Positions 22,567-36,795 of a stretch of 64,000 nt of DNA are shown in pieces; positions within the stretch are counted from its first letter, which is position 1; each line of letters opens with the position of its first letter. Origin of the DNA: Monocercomonoides exilis PA203 (taxonomy: Eukaryota > Protista > Preaxostyla). The stretch covers positions 248,001-312,000 of the forward strand of contig LSRY02000005.1 of the NCBI GenBank assembly GCA_001643675.2. The letters run 5' to 3'. Below the pieces are notes generated by a model. It saw only the letters and a program-made list of their open reading frames with translations. It ran no database searches and was not told the DNA's origin. Position numbers and translations under genes: made by a program.

Positions 22567-25500
22567 ATGGCTTGGGCACTTGCTGGAAAACGTTACACAA
22601 AACGCGTATTACTTCGCCCAGGAAAATGGATCTTATCGTCAATTGCTTCTCCATTGGAAGAAGATCTTTTTCTTGAGCAAGGAAGCCATGAGCACATTTC
22701 TCAAGAACATTTTTTATTAATAAAAAATGTACTGTTTAAAATAAATCAGTTGCACTTAAAGGAATACTGGTCAGTATTTTTAGATGATAGAGAGCGATTA
22801 AACGTAATTTCTCCGGTCTACATTGGAAACATGTATGATTTATTGCAACAATGTTTTCCAAATGGATTTTTTGGAATATCGAACACCACAATATCTAAGT
22901 TTTTCCCATCACTATCAAAAACAAATACAATACGTTATCAATTCGAAATATTTCGGCTTGGAATACTTCGTGTTTGCTTGTTTGACATTCTTCAAGCATT
23001 AATATCGACTCGACGGACTCTGGACATATACAGATCTGTTCACCTATCAAAAATCTATTTGGATCAAAACGGTAATTTAAGGTATTCACCAGTAAACCTC
23101 GCAATTCTTCGTGCGATGGCATTATATAAATTTGAACTTCATTCACCTTCATCTCTTCATCTTGATGTAAGCGAAATTGATTCACCTCCAACTCCATCAA
23201 TAGATCAGAAGCGTGCATTTTTACACCTTAGCGCAGAAATTAGTACATCACCATCAAATGCTTTTCGAGCTTTTCAGTCGGGAACCTCATCAGATTGTGT
23301 TGATTCTGAAAGCAAAATCCATAATTTCAAATCGATTGCAAAAGAAAAAATTCTGTCAACGATGGGAATGGTCATTCCACGGCATTTTGTTGATTCAACT
23401 TTTTGTGCAGAATCCAGCGAAGACTACGTGAATGTCCAGGCATTTGGCATAGCCGCTCTTCAAATGGCGTTTGGTACAGAATTTGTGACAAACTGCTTGT
23501 TTCATTATGTAATGCTAGTGATGCAAGAGCCCAAAGAAGAGAAGAAGAAAGAAACAACGAGAAAAGTTGAAAGAAGCGTTGGGTTGAAAAAAGAAAGAGA
23601 AAAAGAAAAAGAAAGTGAATCTGGGAAGAAGGTAATTAGCTTCAGCCCGAATGAAAAATTTAATACAGACTCCTTTGAAGGATGTGCTGAGCCAACCTTC
23701 TGTCCAGTTTTTATATCGCAAACAGGCAGCCATGTGCCCATTCCAACCACTCCACCGAGCAAGAGGAGCGAAAGTTACGATGAAAGACTTGGAGTGAAAA
23801 CTGGCATAGATGCATTTGTTGATGACGATGATGATGATGACCTTGAAGATGTCATTGAAGAAGACTTCTTCGGAGATGAACCAAACTTAACCGAAAAAGC
23901 ATTTGCAAACAAAAAATTGCAAAGCAAAGCTGAAGGAGGGAGAAAGATTGGTCTCTCTTTTACACCTCCGTCTAATTCACTTTCTTCATTTCATCCCTCT
24001 GAAAGCAGTGATGATTACTCAGATGCACACAAGAGCCTGCCGCCCGACTTAAAGAGGCTGTTTTTCCCTGCTGAGCGGACTGCTTCACCCCATTCGCCTC
24101 ATTCTCCTCATTCTCCTCTTTCTCCTCAATTGATGTTTGAGAGCTCCTCTCTCCCATCTTTCACTGAAATGGAGAAGGACAGCGAAGACTTTGCTGTTCC
24201 CATTCCGCCAGATGCCTCACTTAAAGAGCCATATGAACACAACAATGCTCCTTCACAACTGCACACTTCAATAAACGACTCTTCTTCTAGTTCTGCTTCT
24301 TCTGACTCTGCTTCTGCCTCTGCTTCTGGTCCTGGCTCTGAATGGTCTTCACCATCTCTGACATTATCTTCTTTTACTCCGTCTTCTTCTGCATCTTCTG
24401 CGTCTTCTTCACCGCGTTCTTGCTTGCCCTTCCCCTTCCCACAGGAACATTCCGATTCTCGTTTTTCGCTTAGACTCATCCCAACCAATAGCAAACACAG
24501 TTGCCATGTGACCAAACCATCAAACTCGACCTTTCCTCTCTCATCATTTAACACATCCTGCGATTCCCTTGCCAGCGCCTCCACTTCAACAGCCAGCTCT
24601 TCTCACTCAGTCAAAGAGAAGATCTTCAACACAACTTTGTCTGAATTCCTATCAAGCGACTCAGAAGTAAGTGCTTCTTTGGACTTGCCGGCAGAGAAAA
24701 AACAGCTGTTCATTCAGATTGTCAAGGACTTTATGCTGGCTGAGACACCAATTGAACCAAAATACCCGTCTTTTTCAGGAAAAAGCACAAAACAGAAGAA
24801 TATGGATGTGATGGAAATGGGAAGAAACAAGAGAGAAAGGCAAAGTGAAGCGAAAGAGGAGAAGGCGAAGGAGATGAAAGAAGCAACCTCATCTTATCTG
24901 ACCTCATCCACCTCATCTTCTGTTCTTCTGGATTCTTCTTCGAATTCTGCCTCGACTGCTTCATTGGCATCTAATGCGTCTCTTTCATCAGTCGCATCTG
25001 CTCCTCTTGTTTCAAACACCTCCAACACACTCGCCCCTTCTGCCTCTTCTGACGCCATCTGCTTCGATCTTCCATTTCCTATTTATCCTTCCTCTCCTTC
25101 CTCTTCCTCTTCTTCCTCTTCTTCCACCTCTCCTTCTCATCCCCCTTCCTCAAAATCACACACCACCAGCCCTTTCTTCTCCCTCCCCAGTTCCAAGCCG
25201 AAGAGCAGCCCAGCAAGCACCTCGCCCACTTTCCTCTCTGGACTCCCTCGTTCCACTGCCCATCTGTTTGTGTCTCTCATCGAATTCTGCCTGTCTGTCA
25301 CACCAAACACAAAGAACCCTCTTCAGACACTTTACGAACACCCCTTTTTTGACTACGTGAGACCGCTGCAGAACAGCCAGAAGAAAGAGGAAGAAGAAGA
25401 AATGGCAGAAGAAGAGAATGAGAAGGAGCAGAGAGAGAAAGAGGAGCAAGTCTTGGAAGCTCAGCAGATTGCAGCAAAAGAAGATAAGCCTTCAGCAGCT

Positions 25501-28500
25501 TCTGCTTCTGAACAATCAGGTTCTGTTGATTCTTCCAATAAGAATGGAATTTTTGACTCAAATGTGGCTGAGCATTCATCACAAGAAGAAGCAAAAGAAG
25601 GGAAAACAGCTGCAAACAACAACATCTCCACAAAGAGCAGCGAAGAAGGAAATGCCAATGATTCAACCAATGCTCCGTCATCAGAACATCCACATGATTT
25701 ATCATCTAACATTTTGAAGTCGTCTTCTGCATCATCTCATCCAGAAAGCAACGAAGCTCAATCAAAAAAATCAGCTTTGTCTCCAACACTCACACAAACA
25801 ACACTTCGTCCTTCACCTTTGTTATTCCCTCATCAGGATGAATCGACAATAAACACATCATCTTCCTCTTCCTCTTCCTCTTCTTCTTCTTCTTCCTCCT
25901 CTTTTTCTTCCTCTCATTCTTCTTCCACAGGCATCCAATTCTTCGCATACACCCCCGACGAGATCAGCTCCTACCGCCGCTTCCTCGTCTCTGTCTGCAC
26001 CTCCCTCTACGAAAACCCTTCTTCTGACATCGTCTTCTCCATCTCTCCTTCTCCCTCTGTTTCCTACGCCTCTGGCTACAACCCAGCCTCTCCTCTTTCT
26101 CCGCTCTCACAAGAAGAAAACACCCTTCTCCATTCTCCCACACCTCTGATGCAGATGATTGAGCCTTCTTCTGCTTGCTACCAGCCAAATGATCGCTCGT
26201 TATGCGCCTCTCCTTTCATGACAATTGATAGCTGCTTCGATGATATGTCTTCTTCTTCCTCTTCCATCTCCTCCTCCTCCTCCTCCTCCTCCTCATCATC
26301 ATCATCTTCTTCTTTATCTTCTTCTTCTATTTCTTCCTCCTCTTCTGAATATGCTGTCAAATGGCATCACAATGAAATGGGATTTAGCCATCTTGTTCCG
26401 CCAAATGAAAGTGAGCAGCAGATGAAGGACGAATGGAGTAGAAAATACGAAGAAGAAGAAGAAGAAGAGAGAGAAAGGAACATAAACATGAAAAGAACTG
26501 ACGGAGCACATGGGAATTATGAAGAGCCAGATATGATTGGAAACAAGAATGAGGTGAGACAAGGAAGAAGGAGGAGAGGAAGAAGAGAAAACAGAGAAGC
26601 AGAGCAGTTTGTGAATGGAAGAGCATTCGGAGAAGGAGGTGAAAGAGGCGATGAATGCAACTTTGGATTTGACGAAGAGGAAGAGGAAGAAGAAGACGAA
26701 GAAGACGAAGAAGAAATGGAAGCTAACCACAAAACAGATGGCTCTTCATCAGAAGGAAGTTTCATGAACAATGAACAATATTCTCTGAGCTATGGAAATC
26801 TGCCTGTAAAGTCTTTGCAACAAGAACAGACATCAATTGAAGCAGGAACAACAATAACCTCTTCTTCTTCTTCTTCTTCAAATGGTGTGGAGTTGGCAGT
26901 TGATTCATTGTCCACCTCTTCTGCTTCTTCTGCCTCAAATGAACATATTCTCAATCATTCAACAATTGCCATTCAGACAAATGAAGATGATACAAACAAC
27001 AACAATATGAGTATTAATAACGCCATCAGCATCGCTTCAGAAATATCTCTTGCAAAGTCAACACTCATCGATGGTTCAACTGGGAATGCATGTTGTGACA
27101 TACAAACACAGACAGAAGAAAATGAAGGAGATTTATTGCCATCTGAATCAATAGCATCATCTTCTTCTGCTTCTGCTTCTTCTTCTTCAAATGCGTCTAA
27201 TATGGAACACTCGAATGAGTTAACAGCAAACAATGAAATTGAAGAAGGCTCTTTGAAAGATGCCTCAACAGACACAGCAATCGAAAACAATCTGAAACCC
27301 ATTGACAAATTTGGCAATTCTTCTGATTCATATGCAGTTGTCAAGGCCACTTCCCCTCTCCCATATGCTATCACTTCTTCTTCTTCCTCCTCTTCCATTC
27401 CTTCTGTTTCCACCTCTCCCTCTCTCTCTCTAAGCAATCCATACTCTCTTGTCTCACAAGGAATGGGCGTATTTGGCGCTTCCCACGATCTCCCCCACTT
27501 CGGCCACATTCCTCCCTTCCTCTCTTCCTCTGCCATTCCTTCTCCTCTCTCCTTAGCCTCCCCCACCCCCTCTCTCATCTCCCCACTCAACGCCCTCTCC
27601 CCCAGCCCTTTCTCTCCATACGCCGACGAGGTCTTTCTTCCCATGCAGCTGCGTCCAAAATACAAAGGGTATGTTCACTTGCACGATGAGAACTTTGCAT
27701 TAGGCATGTTCCAGCACACTGAGCAGAGGCCTGTCTCTGTTGACTCCTATTCACGGCGCCTGCACTTCGACACAGAGAGGGCGTGTGTGCTGGGCGTGTG
27801 CGTGATGGACAAGAAGGCATCGTCGAAGCCGATGCAAGAGATATTGAAGCGCATACAGGAGCATGGAGACATACAAATTGTTCACTTTGGAGAAGAAGTG
27901 ATCAAATACAGACCAATCACTGAGTGGCCCTTCTGTGATATTCTGCTCTCTTTCTATTCAACAGGATTCCCCATTGACAAAGCCATTGAATATGTGAAGC
28001 TGCGCAACCCGTTCCAGATCAACGACTTGATTGGGCAGCTGGACTTGTTCTACAGAGACAAGATTTATGAGCGCCTAGTCCAGCACAACATCCCTGTCCC
28101 TCGCTACAGTGTTGTCTACAGAGACTCCCGTGGCTACGTCAATCCTCGTTGCCGTGTGGTGGAATACCCTGACCACATCACCATCGGCAATAAAGTGATC
28201 AAAAAGCCCTTTGTGGAGAAGCCGTTGAATGCAGAAGACCACAACGTGTGGCTCTTCTACCACCCTGACCAAGGCGGCGGGGTGAGGAAGCTGTTCCGCA
28301 AGACAGACAACAAGTCCAGCGAGTACGACCCAACCATCAGCCACATCCGCACTGACCAGTCGTATTTGTACGAAGAGTTCATCCCAGTCGACGGCTCGAT
28401 GGATGTGAAGGTGTATGCTGTGCTGCCTGATTATGTGCACTGCGAGCTGCGGAAGACACCCACGCTGGACGGCATTGTCGAAAGAGACAGCAGACAGAAG

Positions 28501-29268
28501 GAGATCCGAAGGGTGACACAGGCGACAGACGAAGAAAGGCACTATGCTCAGATCATCGGAAAGATCTTCAAGCAGCGAGTGTGTGGATTTGACTACCTGC
28601 GCCGCACGAAAGACGGGAAGACGCAGACATATGTGTGTGACGTGAATGGCTGGTCGTTTGTGAAAGGTGACCAAAACTATTACGAAGGTGTGGCACGAAT
28701 CCTGCGCAACCTGATGCTCCAGGCGAAAGCGAGGCTGAAGGGCATCAAGCAGCAGCCCCTCTCTGCCAAGGACAAACAAGGCGCTGTGCTTAGACACGTG
28801 ATTGGGGTGGTGAAGAGCGGAGAGAACGAGCCAAAGCAGAAAGTGAAGGTGCTGCTCAGCTCAGAGCGTTTTCCGCGGTTGATTGAGTGGTTCAGCCAGG
28901 TGGAGGAGAGGAAGAGGCTGATGAAGCAGGCAACGTCTGTTTCTGCACTTCCACTGAGCGATGGAAACTTGGCTGGAAACAGCGGAATGGGTTCTACTGC
29001 TTCTGTTCCATCTGGTTTGGCTTCTCTCCCTTCTTCTCCTCCTCCACCTCCTTCTCTGTCTTCGCTCTCTTTATCTTCTGCCTCTTCGTCTGCTGCTGCT
29101 TCTCCTGCTGCAAATGGAGAGGCAACAAGAGCTGTTGATGCTCCTTCTTCTTCTTCTTCTTCTCTTCCTCAATCATCTTCTACTCCTCTTCAACCAAACA
29201 TGCTCCTTCCTGCTTCTACAGTACCACAATCTTCGGGTGACATCCCAATCCCAATCAACATTTCATCA

Positions 29269-29300
<32 letters not shown>

Positions 29301-32300
29301 CTCTTCTTCCAACTCATCAAACATGTCATCAATCTTTGCACATCCCATTGCTTGTTCAGCACCTTCTCCTTCGTTCATCTCTTCTGCCTCTTCTCAAAAT
29401 CTGTTTGCTGGCAATTCTTATTCCATGGGTATCAACTCATCCACTGCTGGCATCCTTACAACAGCTGCTGTCAACCAAACAGCAACACCATCAAATGCTT
29501 CTTCCTCTTCCTCTTTTCCTCCTCCTTCCTCTTCCTCCTCCTTCCACAACACCCAGTGCATCTTCGCCTCCATCAAAAACGAGCCTCGTCTATTCAATGA
29601 GTTCCTATCAATCATCAAAGAAGAATTCACAAAGATGCAACACGACATCCGGTGTGAGTCGAGAAACAGAAGCAGATCGAGAGAAAGAGAAAGAGACCAA
29701 AAGAGAACAAGAACAAAGAAAGTGCATTCGATGCCTGGTGCTGTGAACTCACCCAATGGAGCATCATCATCATCATCATCATCTGCTTCTTCATCAGCTG
29801 CAGCACCACTTCCAACAACAGCATCTTCTTCTTCTTCTTCTACCTCTTCCTCCATCCACCCCTCCTCCACCTTCTCCTCTTTCTCCTCAGCCTACCAGGA
29901 GTCGCTCGTTGTCGACGACGACTTCGAAGACGAGCAAGCTGAGCAGCTACATTTCCGTGTGATGGATGTGTCGCAGACAGAGGTGGATGTAATGGATGCT
30001 GTGAGTGCCATCATCACTGTCGTCGAAATGGGACGAAGAGGCCTCAAACTCGAGGCAAGAACGGCTGATGTGTCACCAGAGGGACATCTGAGAGGGCTGT
30101 ATGACGAGCCAGAGACAACAAGATTAAGCAAGATTGAGAAAAAGGATGAGATAGAATCGTCGTTTGCTTCGAATGGGAAGAATGAGAGTACTCAAGGAAA
30201 TGCTGTGAGTTCATTGTCTTCTTCTGTATCAACTCCATCTGCTGCAACCCTCTTTGCCCCCTCAGCCACCCCCATACCCACCATGCCGTCTTCTCTCTAT
30301 CCTCCTTCCACCTCCACCTCCATCCCCAACCCTTCTTCTTCTTCTTCTTCTCTCTCTTCTGCCCTTCCTTCTTCCCAGTCCATTGCTCATCATCGCTCCA
30401 ACTCTTCCTTCTCTGACAAAGACAACTTCTACAGCAGCAGCTCTGATATACACTACATCGTACTCTCCTGTCGATGGGGTGGTATTTTGAGCCATGCTGG
30501 CTTCAGAACATCGCAATCACTCGGAATTCTATTCAGAAACTTCATCCTAGGAAGAACAGACAGCTCGACTTCGGCTTCTTCCTCTTCGTCATCCTCCTCT
30601 CCTTCCTCCTCTGCTTCCTCCTCTGCTTCCTCCTCTTCTTCTGCTTCTTCATCCTCTTCTCGTTTACCAAATACTCCATCCTCCTCTTCCTCTTCTTCTT
30701 CCTCCTCTGCCTCCTCTGCCTCTTCTTCTGTCTCTGCCACCGAACTCGGCCTCGGCAGCTGGGGTGAAACTGGCAGACAGTTCCTCTCCTCCACCAAAGT
30801 GCACTCATCAACGAAGAGAAGAGCACAAGCGTCTGCCGTCGGCTTCACCGAAGCCTTTCTCACAGGCGAGTATCTTCCTGAGCCTCCTCTAAGCTGCTTT
30901 GCAAACCCATCCAAGTTGAAGTCTAAAGTGTCTGCACAGACAGTCAGCTCATTGACCATCAACAGCAGCCTCACCCACACCGAAGAGCACGAGAACGCAC
31001 GCATCCGACTGTGGGACATGAAGAACAAGCTGAAGAACGTGCTTATTGTGAACAGGGAATATGGATATGAGCCTGAAGATTACGACAACCCCATCATCGC
31101 CACGTTGCTGTCATCTGGGCTGAAGAAGCTGGGGAATCCACACACACGTCTGATGGCTATTCAGAAGGAGCTGTGGAAGTTCATATCATTTCTGGAAATC
31201 ATCGACAAGAAGCAGAGTTTGGAGAAGATCCGCTCACAGCTGTCAATCGCTGCTGCTGCTTCTGCTGCTTCTGCTTCTTCCTCTGCCAACCCTTCTCTTG
31301 TGCTCAACAGTGCTGCCCAGGTGCTGCCAGCGAATGTGAGTGGGATGAAGAGTGTGGGTTCGATGAGCACACTAAGCGCATTGAATGTGCCCAGCCCGTC
31401 TCTTTCTGCTCCATTTGGTTTGTCCTCTAACAACAACTCACCAACTTCAGTCAACTCGAATCAGTCTTTCTCTGCTTTCCCATCGAGCAATACTGCTGCT
31501 ACTGCTTCATTGCCTTCTTCTTCTTCTTCTTCATTATCCTCCTCTTCCTCTCAAACTGTTCTTGAACCTCTTTTGCCCCGTCAGCATATTTCTCGCTCTT
31601 CCTCCTCTCATGTGCTTCCTCCTCTTTCTCCCCAGCAGAATCAGCCCCTTCCTTTCTATCAGACTGCCCCTGACTCTTCCTTCATGTCCAACACACAACT
31701 CTATTCGCCTCGTCAAACCGCTCCACAAAAGGTATTTCCTTCAGCAACAACATCTTCCTCTTCCTCTTCCTCTTCCTCTCCATCTTCAGCTATATCAGCT
31801 GCATCTCTTTCACACACCCCTCCTTCAACCAAACCTCCTCTTCCATCTCAGCCACTCCACACACCAACACCCGCCTCTCTCCACCCAGTCGATGTTAAAC
31901 AGGCTTCTTCTGTCTTTCTGCCACCTTCTCAACAGTCTGCTCTTCAATTACAACTACAGAAACAGCTGTCTCCATCTGTTCCTCCATTAAATCTATCATC
32001 TGTTGCTTCTTTATCAGCTCCTTCTTCTGCTCCAACATCTGCCTCTTCCCCCTCATCCTCCACAACCTCCCCTCCATTCAACCTGTCTGAAGTTGCATCT
32101 TCTCTCACTTCTCCTCTCAATTCACCCGCCTTCACCAACTTCATCATCTCCCCTTCAAACACAAAAGCTCCTTCTCATCGAGCCACTTCTCCTCCTGACA
32201 GCTACTCAAACATCTCTCCCATTCAGTCGCCTCTCCCTCTCGCTGGCTTTCCTCCCATCTCTTCCTTATCCATCCCTCAGCCTGTTCTTCCTCAGGCTCC

Positions 32301-35300
32301 TTCTTCTTCCTCCGCTGCCTCCAAAAAAACAGGTGGTTTGTCTTCTTCCTCTTCTGCTACTTCTTCTTCTGCCTCTTCAAATGTAACAATGCCTTCTCCT
32401 TCTTCTTTGTCTCCTTCGTCTTCTTCCTCTTCCTCTCCTTCCTCTCTTCCTCTCTCTCCCACAATGTTCAAGCCCCTCTGCTCCTCCACAGCTCAACCCC
32501 CTCTCCTTCCTTCCTCTTCAGTCTCCTCTGCCATCTACTCCACAGGCAGCAACATCTCCCTCTCTTCCCCATCACCTTCTCAACAACGGTCAGATAGCAC
32601 AGCAAGCGATGCTTCCCTCTCAACCATCAGAAAAGTGTCCTCTTCTCCTTCCATCCACTCCTGCGACTTGTCTGAACGCCATTCGAATCCTCCGCCTACG
32701 CTGCTGCCAGCCACACGCAGCAGAAGAGGCTCAGTCAGCACAGGCACACAGACAGGCAACGAAACAGCTCGGTCTGCCTCAAAAGCAGCTGCTTTTGCGA
32801 ATGCCCCATCTGCCACATCACCCGCTGTGCAGATGAAGAACAATCAACAAACAACAACTTCTGTGAATGCATCGACGCCAACCACAAAAGATATCCACAC
32901 ACCCCATCAACTAACCCCACCTCACATCGAGTCCTCCTCTGGTGCTTTGCACACATCTCCCATTTCTTCTGTCTCTTCATTCTCTTCTTTCAACGCTGCT
33001 CAGCCAGATTCTTATTCTGACCTCGATGCTTCCTCTGCTGCCCCACCGCTCATTCCACCTCTGTCTCCTCTCTCTTTCGCCCCGAAACAAGAAGAGCACA
33101 TTTCTCCACCAGACAACTTCAGCAGATCTCGTTCGCCTCTCGTTTGCCCAGGGCCAACCACTCCTTCTCCATCACCCACTCCCAATTCACTCACTGTCAG
33201 CTCATCCTCTGCGCCTTCCCCTTCACCCCCTCAGTCACACACAGCCTCCACAATCACACAAGGAACTGCTCCTTCTCTTCAGCCATCTGCATCTACCGCT
33301 ACACTCACAAATGCCCCTTCTTCGGCTGCCCCGTCTTCCGTTAGCCAGCTCAGCCACACATTCGAAGGCTGTGGAGGAGAATCTCTCTCTCTCATCAGAC
33401 AGCGCTGGACACGACTGGCTCAGTCGCTCAAACACGAAAATGGTGAGTGGAACACAGCAACCATCCTGCCCATCTACCACAATCTGAAGTGGGACATCAC
33501 ACACAACCCAGCACTTGCACACAAACTATCTCCACTCTACAGAGCAGTGGCGCCTGTTGCCCAGTTCATCATCCCGTTGGAGTTTGGCATCCTCCGCAGG
33601 CATCGCGTGCTGATCTCATCCAACTTTGCTGGCCATCTCGTGAAGCACATCGTCGACACCCTCTCAGAAGTCGAGAAAGAGCAGAATTCTCCTCCAAAGG
33701 CAGAGTTTATCGTGACTGACGAATCTTCCCTGATCGGACTGGTTGACCAGATCCTTCTATCCTCTCTGCCTGGCCTGCATGTTGAGTCCCTCGTCACATT
33801 GGGTGAGCTGAACTATTCATCGTATGCTCTCTTCAAGATCTACTCGAATTCAAAGGGAAAGACATGGTGTGAGGTTTCTGTCTCCACCGGTGTGAGCGAC
33901 AACCCCTTCCAGCTGGTGGGTCCCTCGCACTGTCTGCCCCTCAACCAGCCCATCACCATCCACGAGTGCATCCGCCCTGCCGACGCCAGAGACCACTTCA
34001 TCGGCAAGAACGCCCAGTCTCCCAGGAAGGAGACGCTGAAGGGAATCGTCGCCGTCTTCAGACACGGCGACAGAAAACCAAAGCAGAAGATGAAGCTGAC
34101 GGTGACTGATGAAAAGCTCCTGGAGTTCTTCTTCCCCTGCAACGACCTCAAAAACCTGAACTTGACTGTTGATTCGCTGCAGAAGTGGCAAATCTTGTCT
34201 TCGTCATCGTATGACAAGAAGCAGTTTATGAAGCTGATCTCGAGTTCTCCTCCTTCTACCACAGCATCATCTGCCTCTTCACCTAATGATTCGAACAGTG
34301 ATAGAGAGAAAGACAGCAACGCAGCTTCATCATCTTCATCATCATCATCTTCTTCTTCTTCTTCTTCTGGAAGTGGAAAAGCACCACAAAATCTGTCTCC
34401 AACAAGTTCTCCTGTTCCTCCATTTATTCCACCAGGTTCTAACACAAGTTCAAACTCAACCACAAATTCAGCAAATCTTTCTACAAATGGAAGCCCTGGC
34501 AGTCTATCTGACAGCGAGCGGGCTCGGTTGAAGTGGCCGGATCCGATTCTGCTGAAACAGGAATACTCTGCCGAGCAGTTTGATGCGCTGGTGAATCTTC
34601 TTGTGCAGATCATCCACTCCATGCACAAAGAAGGCACCATCTCCGACAGACCCAATTTGACCCTCAAGCAGAAGCAGTCGAGCGGCTACGAAGGTTTTCT
34701 CAACCTGCACGCTGTGCTCTCAAAGAACTACGCCGGCACGAAAGTGCAGATCAAACCAATCAAAGTGGAGATACGCACTATTCGCGTGCCAAACCCACGC
34801 AGGCAGCTGTGGAGGCACACACACCACCCTCACAGATCAATGATGAAATCACCCTTCCACCTGCGAACACGAAGCGTGCAGTTCGGAAGCGCCCAGCAGA
34901 CTGACCAGAAGTCAGCGCACTTCATCCACCCGTCTCCGCTCATGATGTCAGAGGACTCAGCACTTTCTTCAGCCACGTTTCCTTCTTTGAGCGGATCAGC
35001 ATCACAGACAGGCGATGCTGTTCATCTCTCTTCGTCTCCGTCGGGTGCAAACGATCGCCTATCGCCTTTGCACCACATTTCTCCTACTCCACACAGTGGC
35101 TCTTCTTCGCCTTCCCCTTATTCCCATTCTTCATATCACAGTTCTTCCTCTTCTTCCTCTTCTTCACCTCATCCAGACAATCCTCTTCCACATCGCTATT
35201 CTCGCCGCACAAGCAGCTCATCCATTGGCCTTTCTCAATCCTCATCTCATTCCTCCTCCACTTCGCCCACAGGAGAAAGCGACTTCATCGAAAAGCACAT

Positions 35301-36795
35301 TCTTGTTGTGAGTGAAGCTCTTCTCATTGTGAAGTGGGGCGGCAGTCTCACACACGCTGGCCACCACCAGGCGAAGGAGCTAGGAAGCCTCTTCCGCGAG
35401 GCTGTGCTGCCAATGGACAAAGCAGAGTGCCACACATTCCTCGAGAACATTCGCATCCGCACGAACGGTGAGAGGCGTGTCCAGCGCACAGCAAGGGCGT
35501 TTACGGAAGCGCTGTTTGGAGTGGATATGCATCAGCAGTCTCCAATTCTGCACTCACCTGATCTGCTGGACAATATTCCAGATGAGGCACGTGAGCTGTT
35601 GGATCAGACAAAGCAGAGAATGAAAAAGATTATGGTGATGAACTTTGACTTCTCCATCTCTGATTCCAATGAAAAATCACCAAGTTCATCGCCTTCAACA
35701 ATCGGAGGATCTATGTCTTCTTCGTATACTTCATCTTCATCCTCTTCCTCGTCTGATGCAATGTCATCATTGATAGCAGCTGCCTCAACACACATTCACG
35801 TCCCAACATCAAGTGAAAAGAGAAGTGGCAACGTTAAGTCAAAAGCAAAGGAAGAAGGGAAAGGCAAAGCAAAGAAAGACGACGAATTAGGGGACAAAGG
35901 CAGCGATGCACAAGATGACGATGACGAGACAGACACCGACATTGCCTATGGAACAAGCGACTCTCAGCTCATCGAAGACATCAAGCTGTGCAAGCCATGG
36001 GGACTGGATCGCCTGGGCAATCCGCTTGCCCGGCTGGTTCGTCTGGACAGAGGAATTAAATCACTTCGGAAAGATCTGGCGAGGAAAGTGGATCAGCTTG
36101 ACCCCACACAGTACTATGCGCCCATGTGTGAGCACGAGTCGTTCCGGACGATGCAGCACCGCTGGGACAAAGTGTCTATTGATCTGCACGATCCTGAGTC
36201 AAACACGTGGGATGTGACGAAGATTGGAGACATCTACGATTCGATCAGGTTTGATGTGATCCATATGAGCGACATCCTGAGGAAGCTGTCTGTGCCGATG
36301 GAGGATCTGCTATCGAACTCGAAGGCGCTGGCAGACTTCTGGGTGACGCAGGAATACGGCATCTCCCATGCAGACAAGCTGGAGATCGGCAGGCTGATTG
36401 CTGGCCCACTTCTGAACGAGATCATTTCGAATATCGAAAACGCAGCATTCAACTCAGCCCCATCAGTCAATCTGTACTTCACCTCTGAGTCGCATCTGCA
36501 CGGGCTGTTGAATCTGATAATGCTGTCTGGAGTGGAGGGGATGCTGCTGGACAGGGAGAATGTGACAGACCTGGATTATCTGACGCACCTGCTGTTCAAA
36601 GTGTACGAGTCAGAGCAGTCGAAGACATTCAGGGTGGAGCTGTTTCTGTCTGCTGGGGCGATCGCCTGCAATCCAAAAATGGATGTTGGGCAGACACACG
36701 CCCTGCCGATCGAGTCGCCGCTTCTGGTGCACGAGAACCTCTCTCTTTTCAGGCTGCGTTCTCTGCTCAACAACTCAAACACACATCAGATGTGA
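22567..36795 (+). CDS. VIP1: Vip1/PPIP5K-family inositol pyrophosphate kinase-phosphatase with an extra N-terminal STE20/STRAD-like pseudokinase and a duplicated His-phosphatase domain
   Basis: ATP-grasp kinase motifs at ~27787-28720: GVCVMDKKASSKPM, KPFVEKP..AEDHNV, GGGVRKLFRK..NKSSEY, YEEF, DVKVY, RKTP.LDG.VERD, VCGFD.LR, CDVNGWSFVK. Phosphatase motifs: RHGDRKPKQKMK (34060), KWGGSLTHAG, RRVQRTA, DIYDSIRFDVIH, QEYGI, LYFTSESHLH, LDYLTH. Confidence 0.92.
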
